Shown: positions 31,140 through 41,425 of the stretch, in pieces
Numbering within the stretch: the stretch's first letter is position 1
Layout of the letters: each line of letters starts with the position of its first letter
Assembly (NCBI GenBank): GCA_964644695.1
Contig: CAZXWN010000005.1
Span: 1 to 64,000, forward strand
Direction of reading: 5' to 3'
From: an uncultured bacterium
GTDB taxonomy: Bacteria; UBP4; UBA4092
DNA: 64,000 bases
Notes under the pieces: generated by a model
What the model was told of the DNA's origin: nothing
The model's database searches: none
Seen by the model: only the letters and a program-made list of their open reading frames with translations
Program-made: the position numbers and the translations under genes

Positions 31140-33623
31140 ATGAAGGGAAATACAATGAATCAAAGAAAGTGTTGGCAATCGGACTGGGGTTGGTTGGGTT
31201 TATTGGTTCTGCTGGTCCTGGTATATTTCCATAAATTATGGTTATCGGGTCAGGCTCTCAATGGGGGAGATCTCGTCAATCAGTTTTATCCCTGGAAAGA
31301 ATATTTAGTTAGCTATTTCAAGACAAACGGTTCGGTTCCCTTATGGAATCCTTACACCTTTTCCGGAAATCCCTTTGCAGCCAATTATCAAGTGGGAATG
31401 TGGTATCCCCTGGATTTGATTTTTTTGATTGTAAATCCAGCGATGGCCTTTCAGTTGTCCACCATTCTACATTTCATTCTGGCCGGTTCCTTCATGTATT
31501 TACTGGCACGCCATTGGGGCGTGAGTCGTCCTGCTGGATTTCTGGCTGGCTTTTTGTTCACATTTGGTGGATTCCTGGTCTGCAGAATGCAGGCAGGCAA
31601 CTATACTCTCGTAACAACCTATCCCTGGATTCCCTTGATATTTTATTTCTTTGACCGGTATATTCAAGAACGGAAAGGTTACTGGTTAACGGGATTTGTT
31701 TTAGCCCTCTCTTGTCAGGTCCTGGGAGGACATCCACAGCCCGCATATTATAGTTTCCTGGTTTTAGGATTATATGCCACCTATCGAATCATCACGGATT
31801 GGCAAATCAACAAAGGTTTAGGAGCCCGTCTATTCCCATTGTTCGGATATCTGATGGGAGTGGTTCTTATTGTTTGCGTAACTGCAATACAAATCCTGCC
31901 CACAATGGAATTGGCACCTTTTTCCTCCAGTCGTTCCGGGGGTGCTGCCTATGAATTTGGAATAGCCTCCTCTCTGGGATTAAAACACCTGTTGTTGTTC
32001 TTTTCTCCCTTTATGTTTGGGAAAATCGAGAATAATACCTACTGGCTGGATTATGAAGGATACATAGAAATGTGCGGGTTTACAGGAATCCTGACCCTTT
32101 TACTGGTGGCTGTGGGGATTATGCGAAACCGAACCCGTAAGAATGGATTTTGGATCATCTTACTGGTTTTCTGTTTTTTACTGGCGATGGGAAAATATAA
32201 TCCCATTTACCCTTTTCTTTATCATTTCATCCCTGGTTTGAACCTGTTCCGGTGTCCTGCGCGGTGGCTCATGTATATTCAATTAGCCTTAGCCATGCTG
32301 GCAGCCTTTGGTTTTGACTATTTATTCGATACCTCCAGGGAAGATCTGAAGAAGACCCTGTCTCGTTTATTGATTCCTGCCGGAGTGATTTTCCTGTTTA
32401 TGGCAGGATTTCTGGCCTATCTGTATTGGGATGTGGCCAATGTTCTGAATTGGCTGCAACATTACCAAGCCCTGCAATTTGCAAGCATCTACAATATCCC
32501 CTTGCAGGAAGCTTTAGGACAGGTCCCCTTCTCTGGAATGGAATATCGTTATAATGAGCTTCTTCATTATTATCTGATTGGTTTAGCCGTTTTTGCGGGA
32601 GGTTTACTTCTGCTTGGAATCCTGTGGTATCGGTCCGTTTCTGATAAATACCGTTATTTGATTATTGGATTTGTGGTTCTGGAAGTCTTAAGTTGGTCAA
32701 ACTATATGATGTCATCCGAACCCATGGATCAGTTTAAGCATCGTTTTCAGAAGTCACAGGAGATACAGTTCCTAACAAACGATACTTCTCTTTATAGAGT
32801 TCTCAATCCAGACAGTATCTTATCGTGGAAATATACTACGGAAGAATTTGAAGGACGGCCCAACCGTCTTATGATTCACGGAATCCAGGATACACGGGGA
32901 TATGACCCGACCATTCTTAAACAATATACAGATTTCATTAATGTGCTGCAGGGATTCAAACCAGATTTTCATCAAGGCGGACTCGGAATCATACCCAATG
33001 TCGGAAGATTAAACCCCAATTATCTTAGTTTAATGAATGTGAAATACATCTGTTCCATGCAATATGAACAACCTTCTGTACCCTCTCGATTAGCCTGGGA
33101 CGGCCGAATGAAAATATATGAACTAATGATTCCCCATGACAGAGTCTTTTTTGTTCCGTCAGCAGTAGTTATTTCAGACCGCCTGAAACGATTATCCTTT
33201 ATGAGTTCTCCGATATATCAACCTCGGAACACCGTCGTGTTGGAGTCCAAACCGGACAATATCCCCGACTCTGCTTATCAATCACCAATCAGCTCAAATA
33301 ACACACGTTATGATATTTCCATTCAGGAATTCAAACCGGACCGAATCAAATACCATGCACGGATAACCCAACCGGGATTTATTGTGTTCAGTGAGATTTT
33401 CTATCCGGGTTGGAAATTGTCAGGAAATGGAAAAGAAATCCCCATCTATCGAGCAAATCATACATTTCGAGCTGCTTATTTGACCCCGGGGGATTGGAAT
33501 TTAGTGATGGAGTTCAAACCCAAATCGTTCAAATGGGGTATGCTTCTTTCCATTATTGGATTCATAGCTATCATCAGTATCGGAATTGTCTCCTATTTTC
33601 GAACTCGAAAAAATAAATGTTAA
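31140..33623 (+). CDS. YfhO-family polytopic membrane protein (GT-C-like glycosyltransferase)
   Basis: GD...QFYP, PLWNPY..SG.P, GHPQ, FR.PARW, YPGW; many TM segments. Confidence 0.85.
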   Translation: MKGNTMNQRKCWQSDWGWLGLLVLLVLVYFHKLWLSGQALNGGDLVNQFYPWKEYLVSYFKTNGSVPLWNPYTFSGNPFAANYQVGMWYPLDLIFLIVNPAMAFQLSTILHFILAGSFMYLLARHWGVSRPAGFLAGFLFTFGGFLVCRMQAGNYTLVTTYPWIPLIFYFFDRYIQERKGYWLTGFVLALSCQVLGGHPQPAYYSFLVLGLYATYRIITDWQINKGLGARLFPLFGYLMGVVLIVCVTAIQILPTMELAPFSSSRSGGAAYEFGIASSLGLKHLLLFFSPFMFGKIENNTYWLDYEGYIEMCGFTGILTLLLVAVGIMRNRTRKNGFWIILLVFCFLLAMGKYNPIYPFLYHFIPGLNLFRCPARWLMYIQLALAMLAAFGFDYLFDTSREDLKKTLSRLLIPAGVIFLFMAGFLAYLYWDVANVLNWLQHYQALQFASIYNIPLQEALGQVPFSGMEYRYNELLHYYLIGLAVFAGGLLLLGILWYRSVSDKYRYLIIGFVVLEVLSWSNYMMSSEPMDQFKHRFQKSQEIQFLTNDTSLYRVLNPDSILSWKYTTEEFEGRPNRLMIHGIQDTRGYDPTILKQYTDFINVLQGFKPDFHQGGLGIIPNVGRLNPNYLSLMNVKYICSMQYEQPSVPSRLAWDGRMKIYELMIPHDRVFFVPSAVVISDRLKRLSFMSSPIYQPRNTVVLESKPDNIPDSAYQSPISSNNTRYDISIQEFKPDRIKYHARITQPGFIVFSEIFYPGWKLSGNGKEIPIYRANHTFRAAYLTPGDWNLVMEFKPKSFKWGMLLSIIGFIAIISIGIVSYFRTRKNKC

Positions 33624-33624
33624 A

Positions 33625-33653
33625 TTGACAAACTTTTTGCCTACATCTAAGGT
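33625..33653 (+). promoter_or_regulatory. Candidate sigma70 promoter for the PpiC foldase gene
   Basis: TTGACA-17-TAAGGT. Confidence 0.45.
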
Positions 33654-33699
33654 ATTAAAGATTAATCAGTAACAAACAATTTTGAAAGGATAGAAAGAT

Positions 33700-34641
33700 A
33701 TGAATAAGTCAAATCTGAAAGTACTATCGCTATGTATATTAGCAGCAGGGTTAGTTTCCGCTCCGATTTGGGCAGAAGAGGCACCTGCACCCGCTCCGAA
33801 AACTGTTGAAGTTGTTGCACCAGCACCGGCAGAAAATAAAGTCGTTGCTGATGTAAATGGCGTTAAACTCACCGAAATGGATGTTGAAACATTAGTAGAC
33901 AAATTAAGTCCTCAATTACAGGGTCGATTTGCTACCCCCGAAGGAAAAAAAGAAATCATTGACCACATGATCAATGAATTGTTAATGGAGCAAGCAGCCC
34001 TGAAAAAAGGATTAGATAAAGATCCTAAAGTGGCCGCCCAACTTAATTCAGCCCGTCGTCAAATCCTCGTAGAAAATTTGACTGCAAATGAAATCGTCAA
34101 AACCGAAGTAAAAGATGAACAAGCAAAAAAATGGTACAGTGATAATATTGCTGACCTGATGCAGCCCGAAAAAGTCCGAGCCAGCCACATTCTTCTTAAA
34201 GATGAAGAAACGGCTAAAAAAGTACTGGCCAAAGCCAAAGTCAAAGGTGCTGACTTTGCTAAACTGGCTCAACAGTATTCCGAAGACCCCAGTGTGAAAG
34301 AAAATAATGGGGATTTAGGCTTTTTCACCAAAGACAGAATGGTCGCCGAATTTAGTAAAGTCGCATTCGCTTTAGCTCCGGGTGAAATTTCTGATGTGGT
34401 CGCCACCCAGTATGGTTTCCATATTATTAAATTAGAAGAAAAACAACCCGCTGGCGCGATTCCCTTTGATGATATTAAACCCCAGATTGTGAATAAACTG
34501 AAATTTGATAATTTCATCAAACCTTTACGGGATGCAGCCAAGATTCAGATTATTGAAGAAAAACCCGCAGTTGTGACTCCCGTCGAAAAACCGGCCGCCC
34601 CAGCTGTTGAAGTTAAACCGGCTGAACCAGCCAAAAAATAA
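33700..34641 (+). CDS. Exported PpiC-type peptidyl-prolyl isomerase (PrsA/SurA-like foldase)
   Basis: Signal peptide, VRASHIL, F..LA..YSED, GDLGFF, TQYGFHII. Confidence 0.93.
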   Translation: MNKSNLKVLSLCILAAGLVSAPIWAEEAPAPAPKTVEVVAPAPAENKVVADVNGVKLTEMDVETLVDKLSPQLQGRFATPEGKKEIIDHMINELLMEQAALKKGLDKDPKVAAQLNSARRQILVENLTANEIVKTEVKDEQAKKWYSDNIADLMQPEKVRASHILLKDEETAKKVLAKAKVKGADFAKLAQQYSEDPSVKENNGDLGFFTKDRMVAEFSKVAFALAPGEISDVVATQYGFHIIKLEEKQPAGAIPFDDIKPQIVNKLKFDNFIKPLRDAAKIQIIEEKPAVVTPVEKPAAPAVEVKPAEPAKK

Positions 34642-34666
34642 TTGAATCAGGAGAAAATCAGACCCA

Positions 34667-35608
34667 TTGATTATCACGGTTACAGCCAATCCTCTGATTG
34701 ATCGGACATTAATTGTCAGTGACTTTCAGCCGGGACGAATTCATCGGGCAGAGCAAACCCGTGAAACGGTTGGCGGTAAAGGAATCAATGTGGCGCGAAT
34801 TCTCAAAACGATGGGTGCCTCTGTAACAGCCGTCACCTTCGCGGGTGGTGGATATGGGGACCGTATGGTGGAACTACTTCGACAAGAAGATATTCCAACC
34901 CGGATCACCCGGACATCATCACCAACTCGGTTCCAAGTCAGTATTCAAAGCCGAGGTCAATCACTTCCCACAGATGTGATTGACCCCGGCTCTTTTATTG
35001 AAACAACGGAGAAAGAAGCCCTTATCTCAGAGGTTGAAGAAATCCTCCGGCACGCATCAGATAATATCGAATGGCTGATATTATCCGGCAGTGCTGCCTC
35101 GGGTCCGATGGATGATTTATATCGGCGACTTGCAGAGATTGCCAGTAAATATGAAATCTCCGTATTTTTGGATTCCTATGGAACGATTTTCGTGGAAGGA
35201 TTGAAAGCCAATCCCCTGGCTGTCAAACCGAACTTGGATGAAGCAGAAAAATTATCAGGACTAACACTGGATTCACAAAAGAAACAAATTGATTTTCTTA
35301 AAGAATTACATCACAACGGAGTGAAAATACCCATACTGACTCTTGGGGAAAAAGGCGCTTTACTTTTATTTGAAGACTCCGTATATTGGGGAATCCCTCC
35401 AAAAATAAACACCGTTAATCCGATTGGCTCTGGGGATGCCTTCGTCGGTGCTTTTACTGCGACACGAAGTAAAGGGTGTGAATGGACAGACTGTTTCCGA
35501 TGGGGAGTTGCCGCAGGGACAGCAAATGCTACAGTCTGGGATGCCTGTGGATGTTCTCTTGAATCTATCGAATCTTTTTATCTACAAACAATCATTCAGA
35601 AATTGTGA
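34667..35608 (+). CDS. PfkB-family 1-phosphofructokinase/tagatose-6-phosphate kinase-like
   Basis: TVT.NP.ID, GGKGINVA, KPNLDE, NPIGSGDAF. Confidence 0.9.
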   Translation: MIITVTANPLIDRTLIVSDFQPGRIHRAEQTRETVGGKGINVARILKTMGASVTAVTFAGGGYGDRMVELLRQEDIPTRITRTSSPTRFQVSIQSRGQSLPTDVIDPGSFIETTEKEALISEVEEILRHASDNIEWLILSGSAASGPMDDLYRRLAEIASKYEISVFLDSYGTIFVEGLKANPLAVKPNLDEAEKLSGLTLDSQKKQIDFLKELHHNGVKIPILTLGEKGALLLFEDSVYWGIPPKINTVNPIGSGDAFVGAFTATRSKGCEWTDCFRWGVAAGTANATVWDACGCSLESIESFYLQTIIQKL

Positions 35609-35708
35609 TTAATCACTTGCCTTTTCAAAAAGATATTGGGACAATGAGGAAAAGGGATTTAAGAGGAGATTAACCGAGACACTCCACAAAGGTAAGGGGG
35701 TGGACTGT

Positions 35709-36272
35709 ATGTTCGGATTCTGGAACAAAAAGAAAACGGCTGTCATGATTATACCTCCCAAGCAATTTGACGGTCGGGAGCTTCTCTCACTCAACAGAGC
35801 ATTCAAACAGGCAGGCATAAAAGGCAGTTGTGCCAGCACACATCGCCATGGACCTTTATACGGACTTCATAATGAAAAGATAAAACCCTGCATGACAATC
35901 AGTGAAATTGAACTGGGGGAACTTGATGCATTGATATTGATTGGTGGTTTAGGTGCCATGGAATATTATAATGATCATCAATTGCATCACCTGTTACAAT
36001 CCGCTAACCGTCAGGGGAAAATCCTCGGTGCCATTGATTACTCACCAATCATACTGGCTCATGCTGAGATTCTGCGAGATCGTAAGGCAACAGTATATCA
36101 AACAGAAATCCACAAACTGGAAGCAGCAGGTGCTATTTACACAGGTAATGATTTGGAAATGGATGGGAATATTGTGACAGCAAATGCCCCCGATGTTGCT
36201 GATGAATTCTCTGATATCATTGCCGGATTTGTATTGAAGGGGTATCAGAACGGGGTAACACAACCCGTCTAG
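35709..36272 (+). CDS. DJ-1/PfpI family protein lacking the catalytic Cys
   Basis: DALILIGG.GA, GAIDYSP (normally AIC), KATV, DGNIVTA. Confidence 0.8.
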   Translation: MFGFWNKKKTAVMIIPPKQFDGRELLSLNRAFKQAGIKGSCASTHRHGPLYGLHNEKIKPCMTISEIELGELDALILIGGLGAMEYYNDHQLHHLLQSANRQGKILGAIDYSPIILAHAEILRDRKATVYQTEIHKLEAAGAIYTGNDLEMDGNIVTANAPDVADEFSDIIAGFVLKGYQNGVTQPV

Positions 36273-36296
36273 TAAATTATGTAAGAGAAAGAATTG

Positions 36297-36329
36297 AAAA
36301 CCGTTCTTTGTGTTTTAAGAACGGTTTTT
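36297..36329. terminator. Bidirectional terminator between convergent genes
   Basis: aaaaccgttctt-loop-aagaacggtttt. Confidence 0.8.
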
Positions 36330-36876
36330 AATTGGTAAAAGGAAAAGTATATATTAAGTACGCATCAAAACCCCAACACACTAGAGCAATCAAAAATCCG
36401 ACTAAAACATCAGTGGGATAGTGATATCCCAGATATATTCGTGAGATACCTACCAATCCTGCCAAACCAACAAATAAGAATCCCCAGGAAGGAAAGATAA
36501 CCGTAAGCACCAGCGCCATTGCAAAAGCAGCACAGGTATGTCCGGAGGGGAAAGAATATTGACAGGAAGGAGGTCGCCGGGCAATCACATCTTCCATAAC
36601 CCGGTATGGACGAGGTCGGTTTACAATTCGTTTCAAAACTTGAGCAAGCAGCTGGGATATTCCAAGTGTTAATGAAAGATGTAAACCAATCATTTTTACA
36701 AAATAAGAAGGAACAAAAAATATCAGAGAGAGAGGAAAGATGATGGAGAAGGTTGTAGAACCCAGGTGGGTTATTGTTCGCATCAGCCCATCCAGATAAC
36801 GACAACTTAAAGTGTGATTAAAGAAATAAAATACCCTTGTTTCGCCGCGTTTAATATATCCCGTTATCGGAGACAT
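36328..36876 (-). CDS. PAP2-family phosphatase (possible undecaprenyl-PP/lipid phosphatase)
   Basis: K....RPRP, SFPSGH, SRIYLG.HYP.DV. Confidence 0.93.
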   Translation of the reverse strand: MSPITGYIKRGETRVFYFFNHTLSCRYLDGLMRTITHLGSTTFSIIFPLSLIFFVPSYFVKMIGLHLSLTLGISQLLAQVLKRIVNRPRPYRVMEDVIARRPPSCQYSFPSGHTCAAFAMALVLTVIFPSWGFLFVGLAGLVGISRIYLGYHYPTDVLVGFLIALVCWGFDAYLIYTFPFTN

Positions 36877-37054
36877 GTGTCTTTCATCCTGCGAAAATGT
36901 TTTATGATTATGACATGCTCATTGAAACAATCCGATGTCATTACTGATAAATCGAAATAACATTCACAAGCGTTGTTAACTCTACATTTAATCAACACAA
37001 TGACTCTATCCACTATTTTCTGATTTTACCATATCCCTCCAAAAACTATAAGAA

Positions 37055-37083
37055 TTGACATCAGAATCAGAGTAGGCGAGACT
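37055..37083 (+). promoter_or_regulatory. Sigma70-type promoter of the 6S RNA candidate
   Basis: TTGACA-17-GAGACT about 7 nt upstream of the predicted RNA 5' end. Confidence 0.55.
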
Positions 37084-37089
37084 TAAGTT

Positions 37090-37279
37090 ATGGTTCCCTG
37101 CCATGTACGAACGGACAGTGTTTTTAGAACCAACACCTTTGTACAGGGAGCATAACAGTCCGGAGGAAGCAGGCCTCTTTTAATGAGGAAGCGCGAACCG
37201 GTCACTCGATGTTCCCACTTAATAATGTATACAGGGCCTCTTAAAAACACTCGTAAACGGCATTACGGCGGAGAACCAT
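37090..37279 (+). ncRNA. ssrS: 6S RNA (probable)
   Basis: About 190-nt ORF-free segment whose ends pair (atggttc...gaaccat; tgcc/ggcg; tacg/cgta); has 6S-like elements gaaccaacac, gggagc...gttcccac and an apical cctc/gagg stem. Confidence 0.75.
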
Positions 37280-37341
37280 TTTTTCATATAATCAACTGGG
37301 GCCGCTTTACTTGAACTCTCGAAACCTTTAGGATTAATTCC

Positions 37342-39156
37342 ATGAGTACATTACATCGTTTAGTAAATTATATCCGTCCCTATCGGATACGGGTTTTTCT
37401 TATCAGTATTTGCCTGATAGTTCTGGCAGTATTGAATCTCTTCACTATTGGGTCCCTAATTCCATTAGTGAACCTGTTATTTCCCACCAGTGAAAGAAGC
37501 ATCACACTCATTCCTCCTGTTCTTGAAAAAATGAACTTACCCTATATTCAAGAGTTACAAGCCTATGCCATCAGTAATCGTTGGGAAGTCTTTTTATGGG
37601 CCTGCGGAATCCTGATTGTCATGGGATTTGTACGATTTTTCTTCATGTATATGCAGGAATTTCTACTCCAGTGGTTAGCAGAAAAAATCATGTTTGATAT
37701 CCGCACTCAGCTATATCAACACCTGCACACTTTATCCCTTCGTTTCTTTACTTCAAAAGATACAGGGTCCCAGATGGCTCGAGTCACTTTTGATGTTGAT
37801 GTGATTGGGAAAACACTGACCGCAGGTATTGGCGAGATGGCCAAAGAGCCGCTGATATTATTGAGTTATCTTGTTTTAATGTTTACCTGCCAGTGGAAAT
37901 TAGCCTTGCTTATATTTGTATTCTTCCCCGTTACAGTATTTCCGCTAATACGGATTGGACAAAAAATCCGCAAACAAGCAAAACGATTACAGGAAGAACG
38001 CGCAGTCCTGAATAAGCTTCTCTTGGAAACGTTATCTGGAATTCGGATCGTAAAAGCTTTCAGTACAGAAGAATATGAGAGACAACGCTTTTTAAGCCGA
38101 GTTAAGGATTTGTTCCGAACTACTGTAAAAATCATCCGCTATAGCGCCTTATCCACACCATTAACAGAATTCATTGGAGTTATTGGTGTCGTAGGCACAT
38201 TAACCATTGCTGCATGGTTTGTATATCGTGGAGAATTAAGTCCTGGCGTATTCACCACCTTCATGGCAGCATTGTTATCTTTTTACCAACCTTTGAAAAG
38301 ACTGGCTAATGCCAACAACCAGTTACAACAAGGATTGGCTGGAGCCGAACGGGTATTCTCAGTACTGGATACAAAAACAGAAATCATAGAAAAAACAGAT
38401 GCAAAGGAATTACATAAACCTTCCCAAAACATTCAGTTTGAAAAAGTATCGTTTTCTTATGATACAGGGCACCCAGTCTTATCTAACATCAATGTCACCC
38501 TACCCATCAATAAAGTTATTGCCATTGTTGGACCCAGTGGTGCTGGGAAATCCACACTGGTAAATTTGTTGCCACGCTTTTATGATCCCAGTGAGGGACG
38601 GATACTAATTGATGGAATGGAACTGAAGGACGTAAGCATAAAAAGTCTTAGGTCCCACATGGGTATCGTAACCCAGGACCCATTCCTTTTTGATGATACG
38701 ATATTTAACAATATAGCTTATGGCCAACCTGATTCCGACCCCGAACGGGTCTATACCGCCGCAAGAATAGCCCATGCTCATGATTTTATCCAGCAACTGC
38801 CTCATGGATACCAAACCATGATCGGAGAACGTGGCACTAAACTGTCAGGTGGACAGAAACAACGATTGACGATTGCCCGAGCCGTCTTGAAGAATCCTTC
38901 CATTTTAATTTTTGATGAAGCGACCTCTTCACTGGATGCTGAATCAGAACGGTTAGTACAAGATGCGTTGGAAAAACTAATGGAGAATAGAACCACCTTC
39001 GTCATCGCCCACCGCCTGTCCACAATCCTGAGAGCAGACATTATCCTTGTATTAGAAAAAGGACAGTTAGTAGAAGTAGGTTCACATAAGGAATTACTGG
39101 CGCTGGATGGTCTTTATAAACGGTTATACCAGACTCAATTTGCGGAAATGAAATAG
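37342..39156 (+). CDS. msbA: MsbA-like ABC exporter (fused permease and ATPase)
   Basis: Six-TM domain, GPSGAGKST, LSGGQKQR, IFDEATSSLD, IAHRLST; gene symbol tentative. Confidence 0.8.
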   Translation: MSTLHRLVNYIRPYRIRVFLISICLIVLAVLNLFTIGSLIPLVNLLFPTSERSITLIPPVLEKMNLPYIQELQAYAISNRWEVFLWACGILIVMGFVRFFFMYMQEFLLQWLAEKIMFDIRTQLYQHLHTLSLRFFTSKDTGSQMARVTFDVDVIGKTLTAGIGEMAKEPLILLSYLVLMFTCQWKLALLIFVFFPVTVFPLIRIGQKIRKQAKRLQEERAVLNKLLLETLSGIRIVKAFSTEEYERQRFLSRVKDLFRTTVKIIRYSALSTPLTEFIGVIGVVGTLTIAAWFVYRGELSPGVFTTFMAALLSFYQPLKRLANANNQLQQGLAGAERVFSVLDTKTEIIEKTDAKELHKPSQNIQFEKVSFSYDTGHPVLSNINVTLPINKVIAIVGPSGAGKSTLVNLLPRFYDPSEGRILIDGMELKDVSIKSLRSHMGIVTQDPFLFDDTIFNNIAYGQPDSDPERVYTAARIAHAHDFIQQLPHGYQTMIGERGTKLSGGQKQRLTIARAVLKNPSILIFDEATSSLDAESERLVQDALEKLMENRTTFVIAHRLSTILRADIILVLEKGQLVEVGSHKELLALDGLYKRLYQTQFAEMK

Positions 39157-39175
39157 CCTAAAGCATCAGATAATG

Positions 39176-39213
39176 AAAAATGCCCAGACTTGATAGTCCG
39201 GGCATTTATTATT
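39176..39213. terminator. Terminator between convergent genes
   Basis: aaatgcccagac-loop-gtccgggcattt. Confidence 0.7.
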
Positions 39214-39224
39214 TAAAGCCTTAC

Positions 39225-40196
39225 TTATCCACGCAGATGAGTAATCAAATTCATACAGAATTCATCTTTACCCAGTAATGCATCAGAAGCTAGTTTGAAT
39301 TCATTGATATACTGAACATCAATCTGATTTGGATCAATCATAATAGTGTCACATCCCGAAAGAACAGACAGTACCGTAAGTGTTCGATTCAACAGAATTC
39401 GCTTCGGCATTCCGAAAGAAACGTTGGAGAATCCACCAAAAATATGGACTTCAGGTCCAAACTTTTCCCGGAGTGTTTTGACAGCATCCAGGAAGTGCCT
39501 GCCGTATTCAGAGCCAGCACCAATAGGAAACACAAGGGCATCCAGGAATCTATCTTCCACAGGGATTCCAGCTTTGTCCATGCGCTCCATGAGAACAGAT
39601 AAATTATCGACTCGCTGTTGATCATCTTCCGGCATACCCTCAGCACCAGAAGCATTGGCAATGATTTGGGACTGAGTCTCCCGGGCAAGATCAATAACTT
39701 TCTGCCGGTTTTCTTCCAGGTTGGTAGAGTTTAAGACAGCTTTCCCCTTTGAATTATCATACACAGAAATACCCGCTTCTAATGTATCAGGGTCTGATGA
39801 ATCCAGACAATACCGAGCAGGCAGATTATCTTGCATAACCTTAACCAGCCACTTCATATAGTCCAACCGCTTTTCAGGATAAGGAGAGACTTCATCCACA
39901 CATAAATCTATAATATCTGCACCATTATCCAACTGTTCTTTTGCCAGGGATAGAAGAAACTGGGAATCACCTCGAAGGATCGCTTCTGAAATATAGGGAA
40001 TCTGTCCTGACTGCTGAACAACATCTGACGCAATTGTCTGGGTTAAATCATAAAAGCATTTTTCACCACTGATTGCAATATAATAAAGCCCTTTTTTATC
40101 GCCATCTGTTATCACTCGGGGACTATCAAGTCGTATTTTTCGAGTTGCGTTGATATTTTCACCAATCGTTATCAATGGATTAGGCATGGGTATCAT
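39225..40196 (-). CDS. Pterin-binding methyltetrahydrofolate:corrinoid methyltransferase (AcsE/MetH Fol-domain-like)
   Basis: IGENIN, Q...GA..IDL, CLDSS, LNS, FLD.LVFPI, GFSNVSFGMP.R..LN. Confidence 0.85.
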   Translation of the reverse strand: MIPMPNPLITIGENINATRKIRLDSPRVITDGDKKGLYYIAISGEKCFYDLTQTIASDVVQQSGQIPYISEAILRGDSQFLLSLAKEQLDNGADIIDLCVDEVSPYPEKRLDYMKWLVKVMQDNLPARYCLDSSDPDTLEAGISVYDNSKGKAVLNSTNLEENRQKVIDLARETQSQIIANASGAEGMPEDDQQRVDNLSVLMERMDKAGIPVEDRFLDALVFPIGAGSEYGRHFLDAVKTLREKFGPEVHIFGGFSNVSFGMPKRILLNRTLTVLSVLSGCDTIMIDPNQIDVQYINEFKLASDALLGKDEFCMNLITHLRG

Positions 40197-40242
40197 CCTC
40201 CAGGTATTTTCGAAATTCTCTCTTTTTCACTATAACATACTA

Positions 40243-40270
40243 AAAACCAGAGGATTATCTCCTCTGGTTT
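40243..40270 (-). terminator. Probable terminator hairpin
   Basis: aaaccagagga-ttatc-tcctctggttt. Confidence 0.65.
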
Positions 40271-40285
40271 GGGATTCATGACAAA

Positions 40286-40855
40286 TCAGGCGTTAGGATT
40301 ATCTTGAGTAATCTGGTTATAAAGATTACCGTAAATCCAAGCCATACTGACTGTTATTCCGAAGGGTACAAGAAGAACCCCAATAAATGTGAGGGATATC
40401 AATATTAAGGTCAGTAGAATTCCCAAGGATATGAGTGCCGCTGTTAATACTTCATTGAAATTATGTTTCAGAATATTTTTCATTTCGATGAAGAAAAAAG
40501 CAGCTCTAAATCCTTCCGGAGAGAGGCACTGAATATAAATGATGGGTAATACAAGAGCAAGCAGAATCGAATATAGAATACCCAGGAAACAGGTTACAGA
40601 CAATGGAAAGATAGGGAGTGAATATAATCCCAGAATAATAAACAGATATAGCCCATTTTTAAAATCATCTCTCCATTGGTTCCAATCCGGTAAAGGATTA
40701 TCCAATCCTTTGATAATATTCTGGGCTGTTCTGAATCCATATCCCATAACAGCCAATATGCCGACAACGGTTATGGTCAGCAAAACACCCATAAGTGTTT
40801 TCTTAATCCAATCCTGATCTTCAAATATATAAGTTAATGCCCGACTGTAAACCAT
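40286..40855 (-). CDS. DUF4013-like membrane protein
   Basis: A.TY.FED.DW, GY, LPDW..W...F..GL, several TM helices. Confidence 0.75.
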   Translation of the reverse strand: MVYSRALTYIFEDQDWIKKTLMGVLLTITVVGILAVMGYGFRTAQNIIKGLDNPLPDWNQWRDDFKNGLYLFIILGLYSLPIFPLSVTCFLGILYSILLALVLPIIYIQCLSPEGFRAAFFFIEMKNILKHNFNEVLTAALISLGILLTLILISLTFIGVLLVPFGITVSMAWIYGNLYNQITQDNPNA

Positions 40856-40940
40856 ATAATCCTTCTATTATGACTGGTTTGGCTAATGCTAACATTCAAA
40901 AATGGTTCTCGTCAATCCATGTTTAATTCTAGAATAAATA

Positions 40941-40973
40941 AGAAGGTTTACCCAATGGGCAAACCTTCTTTTT
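40941..40973 (-). terminator. Probable terminator hairpin after the TM2 gene
   Basis: agaaggtttaccc-aat-gggcaaaccttct. Confidence 0.6.
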
Positions 40974-40993
40974 CAAATCAATTCAGATATAGA

Positions 40994-41401
40994 TTAATCG
41001 GATAAGGGATTTCCTTTAGCATCCGTATTAATATTGCCCACTAATATCAAGATTCCCTCAATAAATCCCCACAGACTACCAATCCCACAGGTAAGCATGG
41101 TAACCACTATTTGCAGCACACCAATTCCGACATAACCCAGGTAAAAACGATGGATCCCAAAAGAACCCAGGAATATTCCCAGTAACCCAGCTACAAGTTT
41201 TGATTTACCCGGACCAGACCCAAAATTGATTGAGGTTTGTTTTGCAACCCGAGTGCCACATTTAATACAGATTTCCTGATTGGCATTCGTATTGACACCA
41301 CAATTGGGGCAAAACTGGTTTCCATTTGCTGGCTTCACACCACAAGACACACATACTTCAGCATTTGGGGCGACTTCTTTTCCACAGTTACGACAAAACA
41401 T
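40994..41401 (-). CDS. Double zinc-ribbon plus TM2 domain membrane protein
   Basis: Four CxxCG motifs; KSK.VAGLLGIFLG.FGIHRFYLG TM2 signature. Confidence 0.9.
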   Translation of the reverse strand: MFCRNCGKEVAPNAEVCVSCGVKPANGNQFCPNCGVNTNANQEICIKCGTRVAKQTSINFGSGPGKSKLVAGLLGIFLGSFGIHRFYLGYVGIGVLQIVVTMLTCGIGSLWGFIEGILILVGNINTDAKGNPLSD

Positions 41402-41425
41402 CGATACCCTCCGTGTAATTAAATG

